A stretch of 64,000 bases of DNA from Escherichia phage AV125. The first letter of the stretch is position 1, and the number at the start of each line of letters is the position of its first letter. Shown in pieces: positions 36,757 to 46,507 of this stretch. Under the pieces are notes generated by a model, which worked only from the letters and a program-made list of their open reading frames with translations, was not told the DNA's origin and searched no databases. Made by a program: the position numbers and the translations under genes. The DNA lies in the sequence record OR352955.1. One strand, 5' to 3'.

Positions 36757-37749
36757 TTAAATCTTCTTACTCCACCATTGAGGGTTGTTTAAGTACCATT
36801 CAATCGTTGAGTAGAGATCTTGTTCAAATGTAGAGTTTGCACTCCAACCCAGTTCAGACTCTATTTTAGAAGGATTGATTTCATAACGCAAGTCATGTCC
36901 TTTACGATCTTCAACAAAAGTTATCAAGTTGGAAGAAGGGTAGGTTCCTGCTTCTGGATGTACAGCATCCATGTAGTCACAAACCATATAGATGATCTCC
37001 ATATTGGTTTTGGGATTACGTGTTCCAACATTATACGTTTGACCTGGTTCTCCACCTGTTGCCACTTGAAGAATAGCTCGCGCATGATCCTCAACAAAAA
37101 GCCAGTCTCGCACCTGATCGCCTTTACCATACACCGGAATCTCTTTATTCGTCAAGATACTTGTGATGATTTTTGGGATCAGCTTTTCTGGATGTTGATA
37201 AGGTCCAAAGTTATTGGAGCAGTTGGTTATCACAACAGGTAAACCGTAGGTACGGTACCAAGCTTTCACAAGATGGTCAGATGCTGCCTTAGACGCACTG
37301 TACGGGCTTGAAGGGGCATAAGCTGTCTCTTCGGTAAAGGGAACGCCAGAGTCTGCCATATCGCCGTACACTTCGTCTGTGGAGACATGTACGAACATCT
37401 TAAGTTTATTTTTTGGGAGGAGCCTTGCAGCTTCCAATAAATTGTATGTACCAATAATATTGGAGTCGATGAAAACTCGTGGATTCTTGATAGAATTATC
37501 CACATGACTCTCTGCCGCTAAGTGAATGATGAAATCGGGATTGCACTCTACTACTAAACTTTTGACCTGGGTTTCGTTTGCCAAATCTGTTATGCTTAGT
37601 TTAACGTGAGTGATATCGCCTACATTCTCAATATCTGCTGCATAGCCCATCTTATCAACGACAAAAACTTCGTTATTGGGATCTTGACAAAGAGAGCGCA
37701 CCACGGCACTCCCAATAAAACCAAGACCACCTGTTACCAGATAGCGCAT
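36757..37749 (-). CDS. rmlB: dTDP-glucose 4,6-dehydratase
   Basis: [17 protein letters not shown] Rossmann, SDR catalytic YxxxK region, 330 aa. Confidence 0.9.
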   Translation of the reverse strand: MRYLVTGGLGFIGSAVVRSLCQDPNNEVFVVDKMGYAADIENVGDITHVKLSITDLANETQVKSLVVECNPDFIIHLAAESHVDNSIKNPRVFIDSNIIGTYNLLEAARLLPKNKLKMFVHVSTDEVYGDMADSGVPFTEETAYAPSSPYSASKAASDHLVKAWYRTYGLPVVITNCSNNFGPYQHPEKLIPKIITSILTNKEIPVYGKGDQVRDWLFVEDHARAILQVATGGEPGQTYNVGTRNPKTNMEIIYMVCDYMDAVHPEAGTYPSSNLITFVEDRKGHDLRYEINPSKIESELGWSANSTFEQDLYSTIEWYLNNPQWWSKKI

Positions 37750-37758
37750 CAGTTCTCC

Positions 37759-38085
37759 TTACCAGACATGTTGAGAAATAATAGTTTCCGTTTTAATGTT
37801 ATATTTTTCAAGTAGCTTTGCATAGGCTTCTTTTGCATTCTCATTCAATTGCTCAAGATCTACAGCTATGCTTCCTTCTCCGCCTTCTAAATCAAGGCCA
37901 TATATGCAATAAGACTCATCCGCATCGTAGAAAGGAGAGATGCGGCTTAAGTCAAGACCTTCTTGTAAGAACCAGTTAAAATCTCCGTCAAATTCTTCTT
38001 CAATTCTAGGATCTTCTCCTACAGCCTCTTCCCACTTATTTAAAGGTGCACCCTGTAACATACGCCATTCGATATCAATACCCAT
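37759..38085 (-). CDS. hypothetical protein
   Basis: 108-aa acidic ORF. Confidence 0.5.
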   Translation of the reverse strand: MGIDIEWRMLQGAPLNKWEEAVGEDPRIEEEFDGDFNWFLQEGLDLSRISPFYDADESYCIYGLDLEGGEGSIAVDLEQLNENAKEAYAKLLEKYNIKTETIISQHVW

Positions 38086-38239
38086 TTTTCATCTCCTCCT
38101 CTTCTTGAGCAGCTTTAATAATTGCTTCATAAATATCGTAAGCAATGCCTCCACAACATCTAGCTTCGAAAGCTATTGCTTCTGCAATGTGATCTGTTAA
38201 TTCTCGTGGAATGCGAACATACTCTTTTTCACTCTCCAT
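38081..38239 (-). CDS. small hypothetical protein (52 aa)
   Basis: MESEKEYVRIPRE...; overlaps neighbours by a few nt; below track cut-off. Confidence 0.3.
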
Positions 38240-38381
38240 CTTCTACCTCCAACCCTTCTTTTTCAAAGACTACTACTCGTCCCTCACCATGACAATTCAG
38301 GCAAGGAAATGTTACCATAATTTCCACTTCCATCTGTCCCGTCCCACCGCACACAGGACAAAAAATAAGTTTTTCAGCCAC
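38229..38381 (-). CDS. small zinc-ribbon protein (50 aa, GTG start)
   Basis: RBS AGGAGGAATA then GTG; CPVCGG ... CLNCHG. Confidence 0.35.
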   Translation of the reverse strand: MAEKLIFCPVCGGTGQMEVEIMVTFPCLNCHGEGRVVVFEKEGLEVEDGE

Positions 38382-38590
38382 TATTCCTCCTTAATTATTT
38401 CAAATTTGGCAACACCATTTACAATAATATGACCACAAGACATAACTCCTAGCCAAGGATCGCCGTTTTTCTTCAGGCGTTTACCGAATACATCACAAAA
38501 ACCATTCTTCATTTCAGAGGCTTCATAAGAAACCCCTTTATCAAAAACGTCTTTGAATGTGTCGATTATACCAACACATTTCAAAATCAT
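38381..38590 (-). CDS. hypothetical protein
   Basis: 69-aa ORF. Confidence 0.45.
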   Translation of the reverse strand: MILKCVGIIDTFKDVFDKGVSYEASEMKNGFCDVFGKRLKKNGDPWLGVMSCGHIIVNGVAKFEIIKEE

Positions 38591-39675
38591 TCGAAGTCAA
38601 GCTCCTCATCATCAGAGAGATCTTTGTTAGCTGAATTCAATTTGTAGTTAGTTAACTGAATCTCTTGGGCTGCTGACTGAATCAAATCAGGATTCAACCA
38701 TTTTTCCATCCAAGCTAAAGGGCTATGTTTAGGTGCTTTAAACTTGGCTTTCATTTTCAATCGACGATAAATAGGAGCAGCATTGAAATAAACCCACTGT
38801 TTAGACAATTCGGCGTTAAGACCTACAATAAAACGACCTTCACTAAACAGGTAGTCACACCACTGTTCCTCTTGTTCAACAACAGTGTCAAGAATCAAAG
38901 TCAACTCTTCAATGTTGTCTTCGTAAATTTTACGCCAAATTGGGTCATGCATCAATGCATCAATTACAGCATAATCCATCTTAACATGCAAGATTTCATC
39001 TAGCATAATTTTCTGGATCAGTTTACAAGCTCCAACAAACAGTTGTTGTTCTGCCATAGCAAAAGTAGCAGAGAAGGAGGATATAAACTGAATACCTTCT
39101 AACCCAATCAGGGCTACCATCCCTTTAAGAATCAGCAGTCGAAGTTCATCGTTAGCTTCAATCAATCCTAGAGCATACTTATGACCAGCTTCTTCCAACT
39201 GACCCATGATATCAGCAATGATACCCATACGATTGAAAATTTTATCATTAATCATAATCTGATTGATGACTTCGATGGGATCTGGAGTACATTGACGGAT
39301 TATTTCAGAATACGTTAACGCATGGAGAACTTCCATTTCACTCTGCTTCATCATCATAGCACAGGCTTCATTGTTACTCAAGAATGGAGAGAACAAAGTG
39401 ATGATTGATTTTGCAAGAGAATCATTTTCCCATTGGAACGATAAGTTTTTAATCATAACATCATAGTTGTTTTTAGAACAAGCTACGAAATCTTTACGTG
39501 TCTGATCCAAGTTAACTTCGTTTTCATCCCAATCTTGTGCTTTTTGAAGTTTGTAGAGTTTGTGCATTTCTGGATAAGTCACGTTAACAGAATCAAAGAT
39601 CCCTAATTGCTCCCCCAAAAATACTGGATATTTCCCTGTCTTGTAAACTTCGTTGTGTAAATTAATTGCTGCCAT
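38587..39675 (-). CDS. nrdB: ribonucleotide reductase class Ia small subunit
   Basis: 362 aa, ferritin-like helices with conserved Glu/His iron ligands, adjacent to nrdA. Confidence 0.85.
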   Translation of the reverse strand: MAAINLHNEVYKTGKYPVFLGEQLGIFDSVNVTYPEMHKLYKLQKAQDWDENEVNLDQTRKDFVACSKNNYDVMIKNLSFQWENDSLAKSIITLFSPFLSNNEACAMMMKQSEMEVLHALTYSEIIRQCTPDPIEVINQIMINDKIFNRMGIIADIMGQLEEAGHKYALGLIEANDELRLLILKGMVALIGLEGIQFISSFSATFAMAEQQLFVGACKLIQKIMLDEILHVKMDYAVIDALMHDPIWRKIYEDNIEELTLILDTVVEQEEQWCDYLFSEGRFIVGLNAELSKQWVYFNAAPIYRRLKMKAKFKAPKHSPLAWMEKWLNPDLIQSAAQEIQLTNYKLNSANKDLSDDEELDFE

Positions 39676-39697
39676 TTAAAATTCTCCTCAATAAAAG

Positions 39698-39711
39698 GGG
39701 GCCGAAGCCCC
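39698..39711 (-). repeat. intergenic UUCG-tetraloop hairpin
   Basis: GGGGCCGAAGCCCC upstream of nrdB start. Confidence 0.6.
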
Positions 39712-39718
39712 TTTATAT

Positions 39719-40375
39719 TTAGCCTCGAAATACTGTTTTTGTTTCCGCCAGGTGCCAATAGAAATCCGCCTTGTTTACAAGAGTGTTGTACACCTCTGGA
39801 TAAAAATGTTCTTCCTCTTTGTAACGATCCGCTGTTTCCCTGATTGACTTAGCTTTATCCTTTAGCCAAGCGAAGTGTGCCTCTTCCTCTGTAGCGAAGT
39901 AGCCTAAATGTTTACCTTTACTCCCAGAAGCTTTGGCATAAATCTTACCATCTTTCCTAACATGTGCTCCTAGTAAGTATTTTCTTTCATACCTCTTAGC
40001 ATAACTTAAGAGTGTATTTATGTAAGGAGGAACAAACCTACAATATTCAGGACAATAAACAGTATTTCCTTCAAGAACAAGATCTTTATCTAAAACAAAG
40101 CCTTCAACATTGTGTTCTTGATACCAGTTATCAAAGTTTGAAAAGGTGAACCAAGCATCACACACAGTAACATCTTTATAACCTGGTCTAATGTTTTCCA
40201 TACGATATGCACGATTAAACATGCCTTTCCAAGCTGCATAGGAAGGGTCTATGAATGTATTAACCCTTTTCCCATTGATAACACCACCTTCCCACAATCT
40301 ACGTTCAACATCCACAATCAAGGGGATTTCTCCCCTCTCTGTGAGAACGGTAACTTTACGTTTACCCTTCTTCAT
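39719..40375 (-). CDS. free-standing homing endonuclease-like protein with AP2 domain, inserted between nrdA and nrdB
   Basis: KGKHLGYFATEEEAHFAWL is an AP2-type DNA-binding signature typical of phage homing endonucleases; placement mirrors T4 mobE. Confidence 0.6.
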   Translation of the reverse strand: MKKGKRKVTVLTERGEIPLIVDVERRLWEGGVINGKRVNTFIDPSYAAWKGMFNRAYRMENIRPGYKDVTVCDAWFTFSNFDNWYQEHNVEGFVLDKDLVLEGNTVYCPEYCRFVPPYINTLLSYAKRYERKYLLGAHVRKDGKIYAKASGSKGKHLGYFATEEEAHFAWLKDKAKSIRETADRYKEEEHFYPEVYNTLVNKADFYWHLAETKTVFRG

Positions 40376-40386
40376 CTGTTCTCCTA

Positions 40387-42630
40387 CTACATTTTACAGG
40401 CACTACACCCTTCGTCTTCAGAATCTTCTTGTGCTAAAGAATCTGCTGATTTTGTTCTACTATTAAGGTAATACAATGATTTGCCACCCAGTCTAGCAAA
40501 ATTCAGAATAAACTGCATCTCAGCTTTCACGGATAAACGTCCACCTACCAATTTAGAATAATCTAGCCAAGAATCACAAGAAATTCCTTGGTCAGTAAAC
40601 TTGGTAAAGATACCATACATTTCTGCAAGGTCTTTAGCCGGAGTATCCCAGGCAGATTGGTAGAACATTTTCAGTTTTTCGTAGTCTGGAACAATAAATA
40701 ATACACTACCTTTCTGACTTTGTTTATACATAATGGTATCACGAACAGGATACAGAGAGTTAGTAGTATTGCTTACCAAACTGCTGGACTCATTAGGTGC
40801 AATAGCAGCCAATACACTGTTACGGATACCACCTTGTTCAATGATTTCAGCACGTAAGCCTTCCCAGTCCATTTTAAGATCAAAATTACCGATACTATCT
40901 ACTGTTTTAGCATAGGTGTCAATTGGTAGCCAACCTTGAGGCCATTTGGTCTTATCGATCCATTCTGCATTACCTTTTTCCTTAGCCAGACGCAGAGAGG
41001 CTTTTGCCAACCAAAAGTAATGACGTTCTGCAAGTTCATGCATTAATTTTTTAGCATAAGCATCTGAATAATTTACAAAATTACTTGCCAAATAATGCGC
41101 TAAGTTTGTAATACCTACACCAATAGATCTACGTGCTTTAGCAGTTATTTCGTTATGTTTAAATGGATAATCCATTGTTTCAATAACGTTGTCAATTGTC
41201 AATACAGTGTAGTATGCAACATCCTCATATTCTTCAGGTAAGACACGACCAGCGACAATAGAAGATAAGAAGCATAAAGCCAATTCTTGATCTTCTGTAT
41301 TCTCACCAGTAAAGAGATCCGGCATATTGTGGAAAGCTTTAGTTGGTAAGAAGATCTCTTGACACAGGTTTGATTGATACACCGTATCCAGGAAAGGTGT
41401 ATGGTTGTTAACGTTGTCAGCAAAGAACATGTAAATACGTCCTGTTTCTGCACGTTGAACAATAATCTCTGTCAGAAGATCACGAGCCTTAACAAATTTT
41501 TTCTTAATGCGACGACGACTTACTTTGTCATAAACTGCATCAAACTCTTCTTCACTTTTATATAAAGCTTCATAAAGTTCAGGAGCATCATCACAACTAA
41601 CTAACATCCAGTCTTCGTTTTTTGCTGCTCGACGCAAGAACGAACGGTTAACAACAATAGAATAATCTAGTTTATCCACTCGTTTATCTATAGGTGTTGT
41701 TGGATTCTTCAGTCGAATCAGATCGTCGAAGTCTGGTTCAAGTATGGTAAAGGTAACTGTAGCACTACCTCCACGGCTTGCTTGCTTTGAAGCTCCAACA
41801 CTATCTTCCATCCATTTCAGATACGGAAGAAGACCACCGTGAATAATACGATTATTCTTAACACCTTGACCTGTGGCACGAGTTTGAAGATTAACACCAA
41901 TACCTGCGTTATTCAACGTATACTCATGAGCTAAGTAATTAGCAATGGCTAAAGACTCTGCCGTATCGTCTGCACGGAATAAACAACAAGACGCACTTCC
42001 TTTGATTGGAGTTCGTAGAGTTGTCAGATACGGCGATGGCAGATTAATCTTAAGATCGCTAACATAAGTATAAAGTTTTTTAATATCTTCTATACGGCGT
42101 TCTTTTGGTTGGATCTCCATAACCTTCATTGCGATACCAATGAAAAGAAACTGTGGAGACTCATGCACCACATCGTTTACTGCATCTCGAATAAGATATT
42201 TATCTACCATCTGACGTAAAACAGAATAACCATAAGTTAGATTTTTATTATGCTTTACAATCTTACCGATTTCTTTGATCTCTTCATCGGTATAATCCAT
42301 TTTAGCCCAATGTCCACGTTCTACCATATCATGATAAAAGGTATTCAGTGAAGGGATACTGTGGTATCCCCCATGAGCCTGTTTGTAAATCATACCCAGA
42401 AGAAGTCTTCCTGCCATATCACTGTAAGCTTGTGTTTTCTTGTCAATACACGCTGCAATCATTGCTTTATGCAGATCACGTGTAGACACACCGTCATAAC
42501 ACCGCTTCACAGCTTCTAATTCAATTTCAGACCAGTTTAGTTTACCTGCTGCAAATTCAGACCACTTACGAAGTTTTTCTGGATTAAACTCCTCTGTCTT
42601 ACCATTAGATTTAGTTACAAAACGAATCAA
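40387..42630 (-). CDS. nrdA: ribonucleotide reductase class Ia large subunit
   Basis: 747 aa, N-terminal ATP-cone (VTKSNGKTEEFNPEKL), conserved catalytic Cys-containing core. Confidence 0.9.
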   Translation of the reverse strand: MIRFVTKSNGKTEEFNPEKLRKWSEFAAGKLNWSEIELEAVKRCYDGVSTRDLHKAMIAACIDKKTQAYSDMAGRLLLGMIYKQAHGGYHSIPSLNTFYHDMVERGHWAKMDYTDEEIKEIGKIVKHNKNLTYGYSVLRQMVDKYLIRDAVNDVVHESPQFLFIGIAMKVMEIQPKERRIEDIKKLYTYVSDLKINLPSPYLTTLRTPIKGSASCCLFRADDTAESLAIANYLAHEYTLNNAGIGVNLQTRATGQGVKNNRIIHGGLLPYLKWMEDSVGASKQASRGGSATVTFTILEPDFDDLIRLKNPTTPIDKRVDKLDYSIVVNRSFLRRAAKNEDWMLVSCDDAPELYEALYKSEEEFDAVYDKVSRRRIKKKFVKARDLLTEIIVQRAETGRIYMFFADNVNNHTPFLDTVYQSNLCQEIFLPTKAFHNMPDLFTGENTEDQELALCFLSSIVAGRVLPEEYEDVAYYTVLTIDNVIETMDYPFKHNEITAKARRSIGVGITNLAHYLASNFVNYSDAYAKKLMHELAERHYFWLAKASLRLAKEKGNAEWIDKTKWPQGWLPIDTYAKTVDSIGNFDLKMDWEGLRAEIIEQGGIRNSVLAAIAPNESSSLVSNTTNSLYPVRDTIMYKQSQKGSVLFIVPDYEKLKMFYQSAWDTPAKDLAEMYGIFTKFTDQGISCDSWLDYSKLVGGRLSVKAEMQFILNFARLGGKSLYYLNSRTKSADSLAQEDSEDEGCSACKM

Positions 42631-42646
42631 CTTCTCCTCCCTATTA

Positions 42647-42901
42647 TTAATGCATATTCAAAACATCTACATCATAACCGAACTTCATTTCATTAAAAAG
42701 TCCATTAGCATATAGAAAACCTTCAAAATGAGTTATGTCATCAAACCCTTTTGCTTTTGCTCGACGGTCTGCTTCTTGTCTTTTAGGAGATAAACGTTTT
42801 GAAGTGTCTAGAATTACAGTTACATTACAACCAACAGTTTCATCAAAATAGACTTCGATTTCACAGCCTTCATATTTATTATCAGTCATTGTCCCTCTCA
42901 T
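42647..42901 (-). CDS. hypothetical protein
   Basis: 84-aa ORF. Confidence 0.45.
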   Translation of the reverse strand: MRGTMTDNKYEGCEIEVYFDETVGCNVTVILDTSKRLSPKRQEADRRAKAKGFDDITHFEGFLYANGLFNEMKFGYDVDVLNMH

Positions 42902-43341
42902 TGATTAGTATCATCTGCTTTCGCAGGATCATAAGAGTTACCGAAATCATCCATCTTAATATGTGACGCACCCCAACCTGTAAATTCTTCATCACCAAAA
43001 TGAAAAATATCATTTTCTTGATAGATTCGTTTAAAACCACAATTAGGTGAAACAGGGAAAGTGAAAAGCGTTGTATTTGCAAACACTACTCGCTTATCGT
43101 TATTGCTTCGGATATTCACATTACGCTCAACAGAATAGTGTGAATCTTCAGCCATACCCAGCATTACAAGCGACGCTCTAATAACAGCATTTTGTTTCTC
43201 GTGTGGGATATTGCCATTGTGTTTATTTGATTCTAGTTTCCAGATAGGGGTAGACATTACAGTAGACATGCTTACGGTAGCCCAAGTTGTAGTATTTACT
43301 AATGACATATTTTCTCCTTCATTTTGAATGGGAGGACTCAC
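42898..43341 (-). CDS. hypothetical protein
   Basis: 147-aa ORF. Confidence 0.5.
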   Translation of the reverse strand: MSPPIQNEGENMSLVNTTTWATVSMSTVMSTPIWKLESNKHNGNIPHEKQNAVIRASLVMLGMAEDSHYSVERNVNIRSNNDKRVVFANTTLFTFPVSPNCGFKRIYQENDIFHFGDEEFTGWGASHIKMDDFGNSYDPAKADDTNQ

Positions 43342-43406
43342 CTCCTCCCAGTATTGTGCTATATTATACTAAAACTAATACTAAAGTCAATAACTATTTA
43401 AACAGA

Positions 43407-44405
43407 TCACCATTTAGTATGATTTGTTAAAAGTTGACGATGTTGAATCCAGCCTTTGAAATTGCCAGACCAAAACTTACCATTACGATCTACATGGGTA
43501 ATACCTGGTTCCCAAGAGTTAAAATCCCAAGGAGCATTGATAAACAAATCTTCAAAACAGTTCTCTCCATATTGTTCGCATGTTTCTTGCATTGGAGTGG
43601 CTTGATGTTCAAACGGAGAAGCATGAACCTTGCGCCCAGTCAGCAAACGACCATAGATATCTAAAGCTTTATCTTTAGTTGCATTCAAACGACGATAGCT
43701 AACCTGTGCACAACACGAAGCTGAAATAGCTTTGGCTTCTTCCAAAGTAAGCACAACAACTTCTCCAGATTCATCTTGAACATAGTATCCACCAAAAACA
43801 AAATGATCGTCACCTTCTGTGCCAATATTATCATAGAAATGGTCTACATAAGGTGTGTGCCATTGCCCTGATTTCAGCACTTCTGGTGTAGATTCTTCAT
43901 ACTCTTTGTGCATCTCTTTAGCCAAAGCTTCGATAGTAGGATCGGCTTCTTTGTCATCACGTAGCCACCAGAAATTTTCATATTCTGTTGCTGTCAGAAC
44001 TGTTTTAATTCGTTGGAAAGGTTCCAGAAGACGGTTTGCAACTTGTTTGTGGTACCCTGCCAAAGAGAATTCTTCTGCAAAACGTGCTGCACTAAGCGCG
44101 GCAAGATCCCACCACTCTTGAGCAGTATAACCTGCATCAATAAGAGCGTCATGATCAACACCTTTATCCTGCATACCAGGTTGGTTAGCCCCAAAACGAT
44201 AAGGACGAGCAGGTTGATTTCGCACCATTTCAATCAGTGTTTTAACAGGTATAGCACGGCTAGAAGCAGCATTACGACTGAACAGGCGGTGAGTCATCAA
44301 TTCTGAATGAATAATACGTGGATATTCTAGTTCAAAAGTTACAATCTCTTTTCCGTCTTCAGTGATGGAATGCGCAATAATACTAGCCGAAATCTGTTTT
44401 GTCAT
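43407..44405 (-). CDS. ThyX-like flavin-dependent thymidylate synthase
   Basis: ELMTHRLFSRNAASSRA resembles ThyX RHR-x7-S signature (first Arg replaced by Thr); 332 aa. Confidence 0.55.
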   Translation of the reverse strand: MTKQISASIIAHSITEDGKEIVTFELEYPRIIHSELMTHRLFSRNAASSRAIPVKTLIEMVRNQPARPYRFGANQPGMQDKGVDHDALIDAGYTAQEWWDLAALSAARFAEEFSLAGYHKQVANRLLEPFQRIKTVLTATEYENFWWLRDDKEADPTIEALAKEMHKEYEESTPEVLKSGQWHTPYVDHFYDNIGTEGDDHFVFGGYYVQDESGEVVVLTLEEAKAISASCCAQVSYRRLNATKDKALDIYGRLLTGRKVHASPFEHQATPMQETCEQYGENCFEDLFINAPWDFNSWEPGITHVDRNGKFWSGNFKGWIQHRQLLTNHTKW

Positions 44406-44414
44406 TTTTTCTCC

Positions 44415-45023
44415 TTAGTTTTTAAAATTGTTCAAAGTGTTAAAAACATCCAAACATGTTAGCCACTGATCTTCTAAACCTGTGATCACAACATTTGGTT
44501 TTTTCTTTAGTTCTTCTAGATGGTTATCTTTATAAGGCGTATTAAAATATATTTTAACCACTTCATCTGGAAAATATAGTAGGTTATCAGCCCTGTCATC
44601 TATTGCTATATCACAAGGCAATAAGTATTTTTCTTTCGTAGCAAAAAAGCCGTTACCAGATCCTTTGCTAAAATCAATCGTATCTAACGTTCTTAAAACA
44701 TGCTTATGTTTAGAACTTAAGTGACCACCTTTTGTCACACTTGCGATCAAAAGATTGCTACCTTTCCTTGAAACATACTTTAAGAAATCTGGCATACCTG
44801 GAACAAAACCCATTGTATCATAGAGATGAGGATTATCCAGAAATCCGTAAGGATCTATATTGAACTCCTCCCTGAAACCAGGAAAGTAGTTGGTAAGATC
44901 ATAGTCTGCATTTTTTGTGAATGTGTCTATCTTAACACCAAGTCCACTAATCTTATTCAACCATTCTAACCAAGCAACATCTAATGGAGCCACAACTAAA
45001 TCCCAATCACATACTATCTGCAT
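44415..45023 (-). CDS. HAD-superfamily 5'(3')-deoxyribonucleotidase-like phosphatase
   Basis: IVCDWDLVV (DxDxV motif I), SKHK, IAIDDRADN (DD motif IV). Confidence 0.55.
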   Translation of the reverse strand: MQIVCDWDLVVAPLDVAWLEWLNKISGLGVKIDTFTKNADYDLTNYFPGFREEFNIDPYGFLDNPHLYDTMGFVPGMPDFLKYVSRKGSNLLIASVTKGGHLSSKHKHVLRTLDTIDFSKGSGNGFFATKEKYLLPCDIAIDDRADNLLYFPDEVVKIYFNTPYKDNHLEELKKKPNVVITGLEDQWLTCLDVFNTLNNFKN

Positions 45024-45059
45024 AAAACCTCCTCTCTCTTTTAGTATAGTTATCTTATA

Positions 45060-45635
45060 CTAACTTTCAATTTCCTGCAATAGGATTTTGACTATTTGTT
45101 TGCGGCGTTTCGCTACTGTGCTTTCAGGTTCTATTTTACGCTTCTTCAACCAAGCTTTATCTTTCTTAGCTCTACACAAAGCTATTGCTTCTTTTTCAGC
45201 TTTCGCTTCTTCAAAAGATATGCCTTGCTTGTCTGCATAAGCAAGAATAGAGTTGCACAATTTACAAACCATTCGCAAATCTTCTTCTTTCACATAGATT
45301 AAACGGAAAACAAAAAGAGGAATATCATCAAAACATTGAAGTTGTTTTGCTGCGTGAATATGATCCACTTGGAAGTCTTTCATTCCTCCTCTATGTCCAC
45401 ATATTTCGCACTCACAATTCCAAACTTGTTTTGGTTTTCCAGTTTTCTTGTCTATCATCACATTGCCGTCTTTATCTACGCGATCAACTTTAAAACGCCT
45501 TGCATTGATAACCTTAATTTTATTAGGGTGTCTCATCCATGCTTTTCTAAAACATCCTCTAAGATAAGTATAAAATTCCGCTTGTGTTTTCCAGGGTGTT
45601 CCTTCACCCCACATTATTTTTGGTTCACCTGCCAA
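45060..45635 (-). CDS. HNH endonuclease
   Basis: CECEICGH...DHIHAAK...CKLCN, HNH with zinc-binding Cys pairs. Confidence 0.65.
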   Translation of the reverse strand: MAGEPKIMWGEGTPWKTQAEFYTYLRGCFRKAWMRHPNKIKVINARRFKVDRVDKDGNVMIDKKTGKPKQVWNCECEICGHRGGMKDFQVDHIHAAKQLQCFDDIPLFVFRLIYVKEEDLRMVCKLCNSILAYADKQGISFEEAKAEKEAIALCRAKKDKAWLKKRKIEPESTVAKRRKQIVKILLQEIES

Positions 45636-45802
45636 TATTGCTCACCTTTTTAGCTGTATATTCCCCTGGTGGGATATTGTGTTTAAAAAACAAAAGGCGG
45701 TCTAACCCCGCCTTGCACATTGTTTCTGGAATAGTCAAAGTTAGTAAAAGTTTATCACCTTTTCGGTTGAATATTTTATAAACTTCTCCTGCTCCATATT
45801 GT

Positions 45803-46204
45803 TTAGTATTGCTCGCCACTAATACGTTCCTTAAGTTGTTTAATAGCTTCAACTGCATCTACATAAGAAGAGTTATACATGTGTTTCAGTGCCACTCGGA
45901 TTAAAGGATCTTTTGTGAAGAAATCAATAAGAAGCATAGCTTGATCATGTTTAGCTGCATTTGTCATAGATGGATAATTTTCACGAACCATATACGTGTT
46001 ATTTTGCATAAGGGTTCTTTCTAGTTCGATACAATGAATAGCTTTATCTAGGTTAATCTGACGTTCACCTTTAATACGTGTTGCGTATTTTGCCAATTTG
46101 CAAAAACAAGGTGTGCCACCAACCAAATAAGTTAGTTCGATAGGTTGCATTGCCATTTTTGTGTAGTGATCACCGTCAACCTGATTATCAAAAGCATTAG
46201 ACAT
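45803..46204 (-). CDS. conserved phage protein, DUF3310-like
   Basis: VDGDHYTKMAMQPIELTY resembles the HY...QPIE hallmark I recall for that family. Confidence 0.5.
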   Translation of the reverse strand: MSNAFDNQVDGDHYTKMAMQPIELTYLVGGTPCFCKLAKYATRIKGERQINLDKAIHCIELERTLMQNNTYMVRENYPSMTNAAKHDQAMLLIDFFTKDPLIRVALKHMYNSSYVDAVEAIKQLKERISGEQY

Positions 46205-46466
46205 AATTTTCCTCCTGAATTCCTACTGCGCCTTCTTCTGGGTAATCTGTATAATAAGCTACCCTACCTTGATAGATAACATCACCATCATTGTAGATTG
46301 CTGTATCTTCTTGAATTGTTATTTTAACGTCAAGTAAATCTGGGTCTTTCTCGATGGTGTAGTTTAAACCTAACATTTCAAACAGTTCGAAAATTTCATT
46401 ACCTGTTAATGTAATGCTCATATTTCCTCCTTTTATTGTGGTTAGCAGAGTATACACTAATATCAA
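46197..46466 (-). CDS. hypothetical protein
   Basis: 89-aa ORF. Confidence 0.5.
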   Translation of the reverse strand: MILVYTLLTTIKGGNMSITLTGNEIFELFEMLGLNYTIEKDPDLLDVKITIQEDTAIYNDGDVIYQGRVAYYTDYPEEGAVGIQEENYV

Positions 46467-46507
46467 ATTTTTGTCAATAAAAAAGGGAGCAATAAGCTCC
46501 CTGATTA

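Noticed and set aside
45625-45858. 77-aa minus-strand ORF between the HNH gene and the DUF3310-like gene
   Set aside because: It overlaps the start of the HNH gene and an intergenic hairpin (GGCGG-tctaacc-CCGCC) and has no clear RBS.
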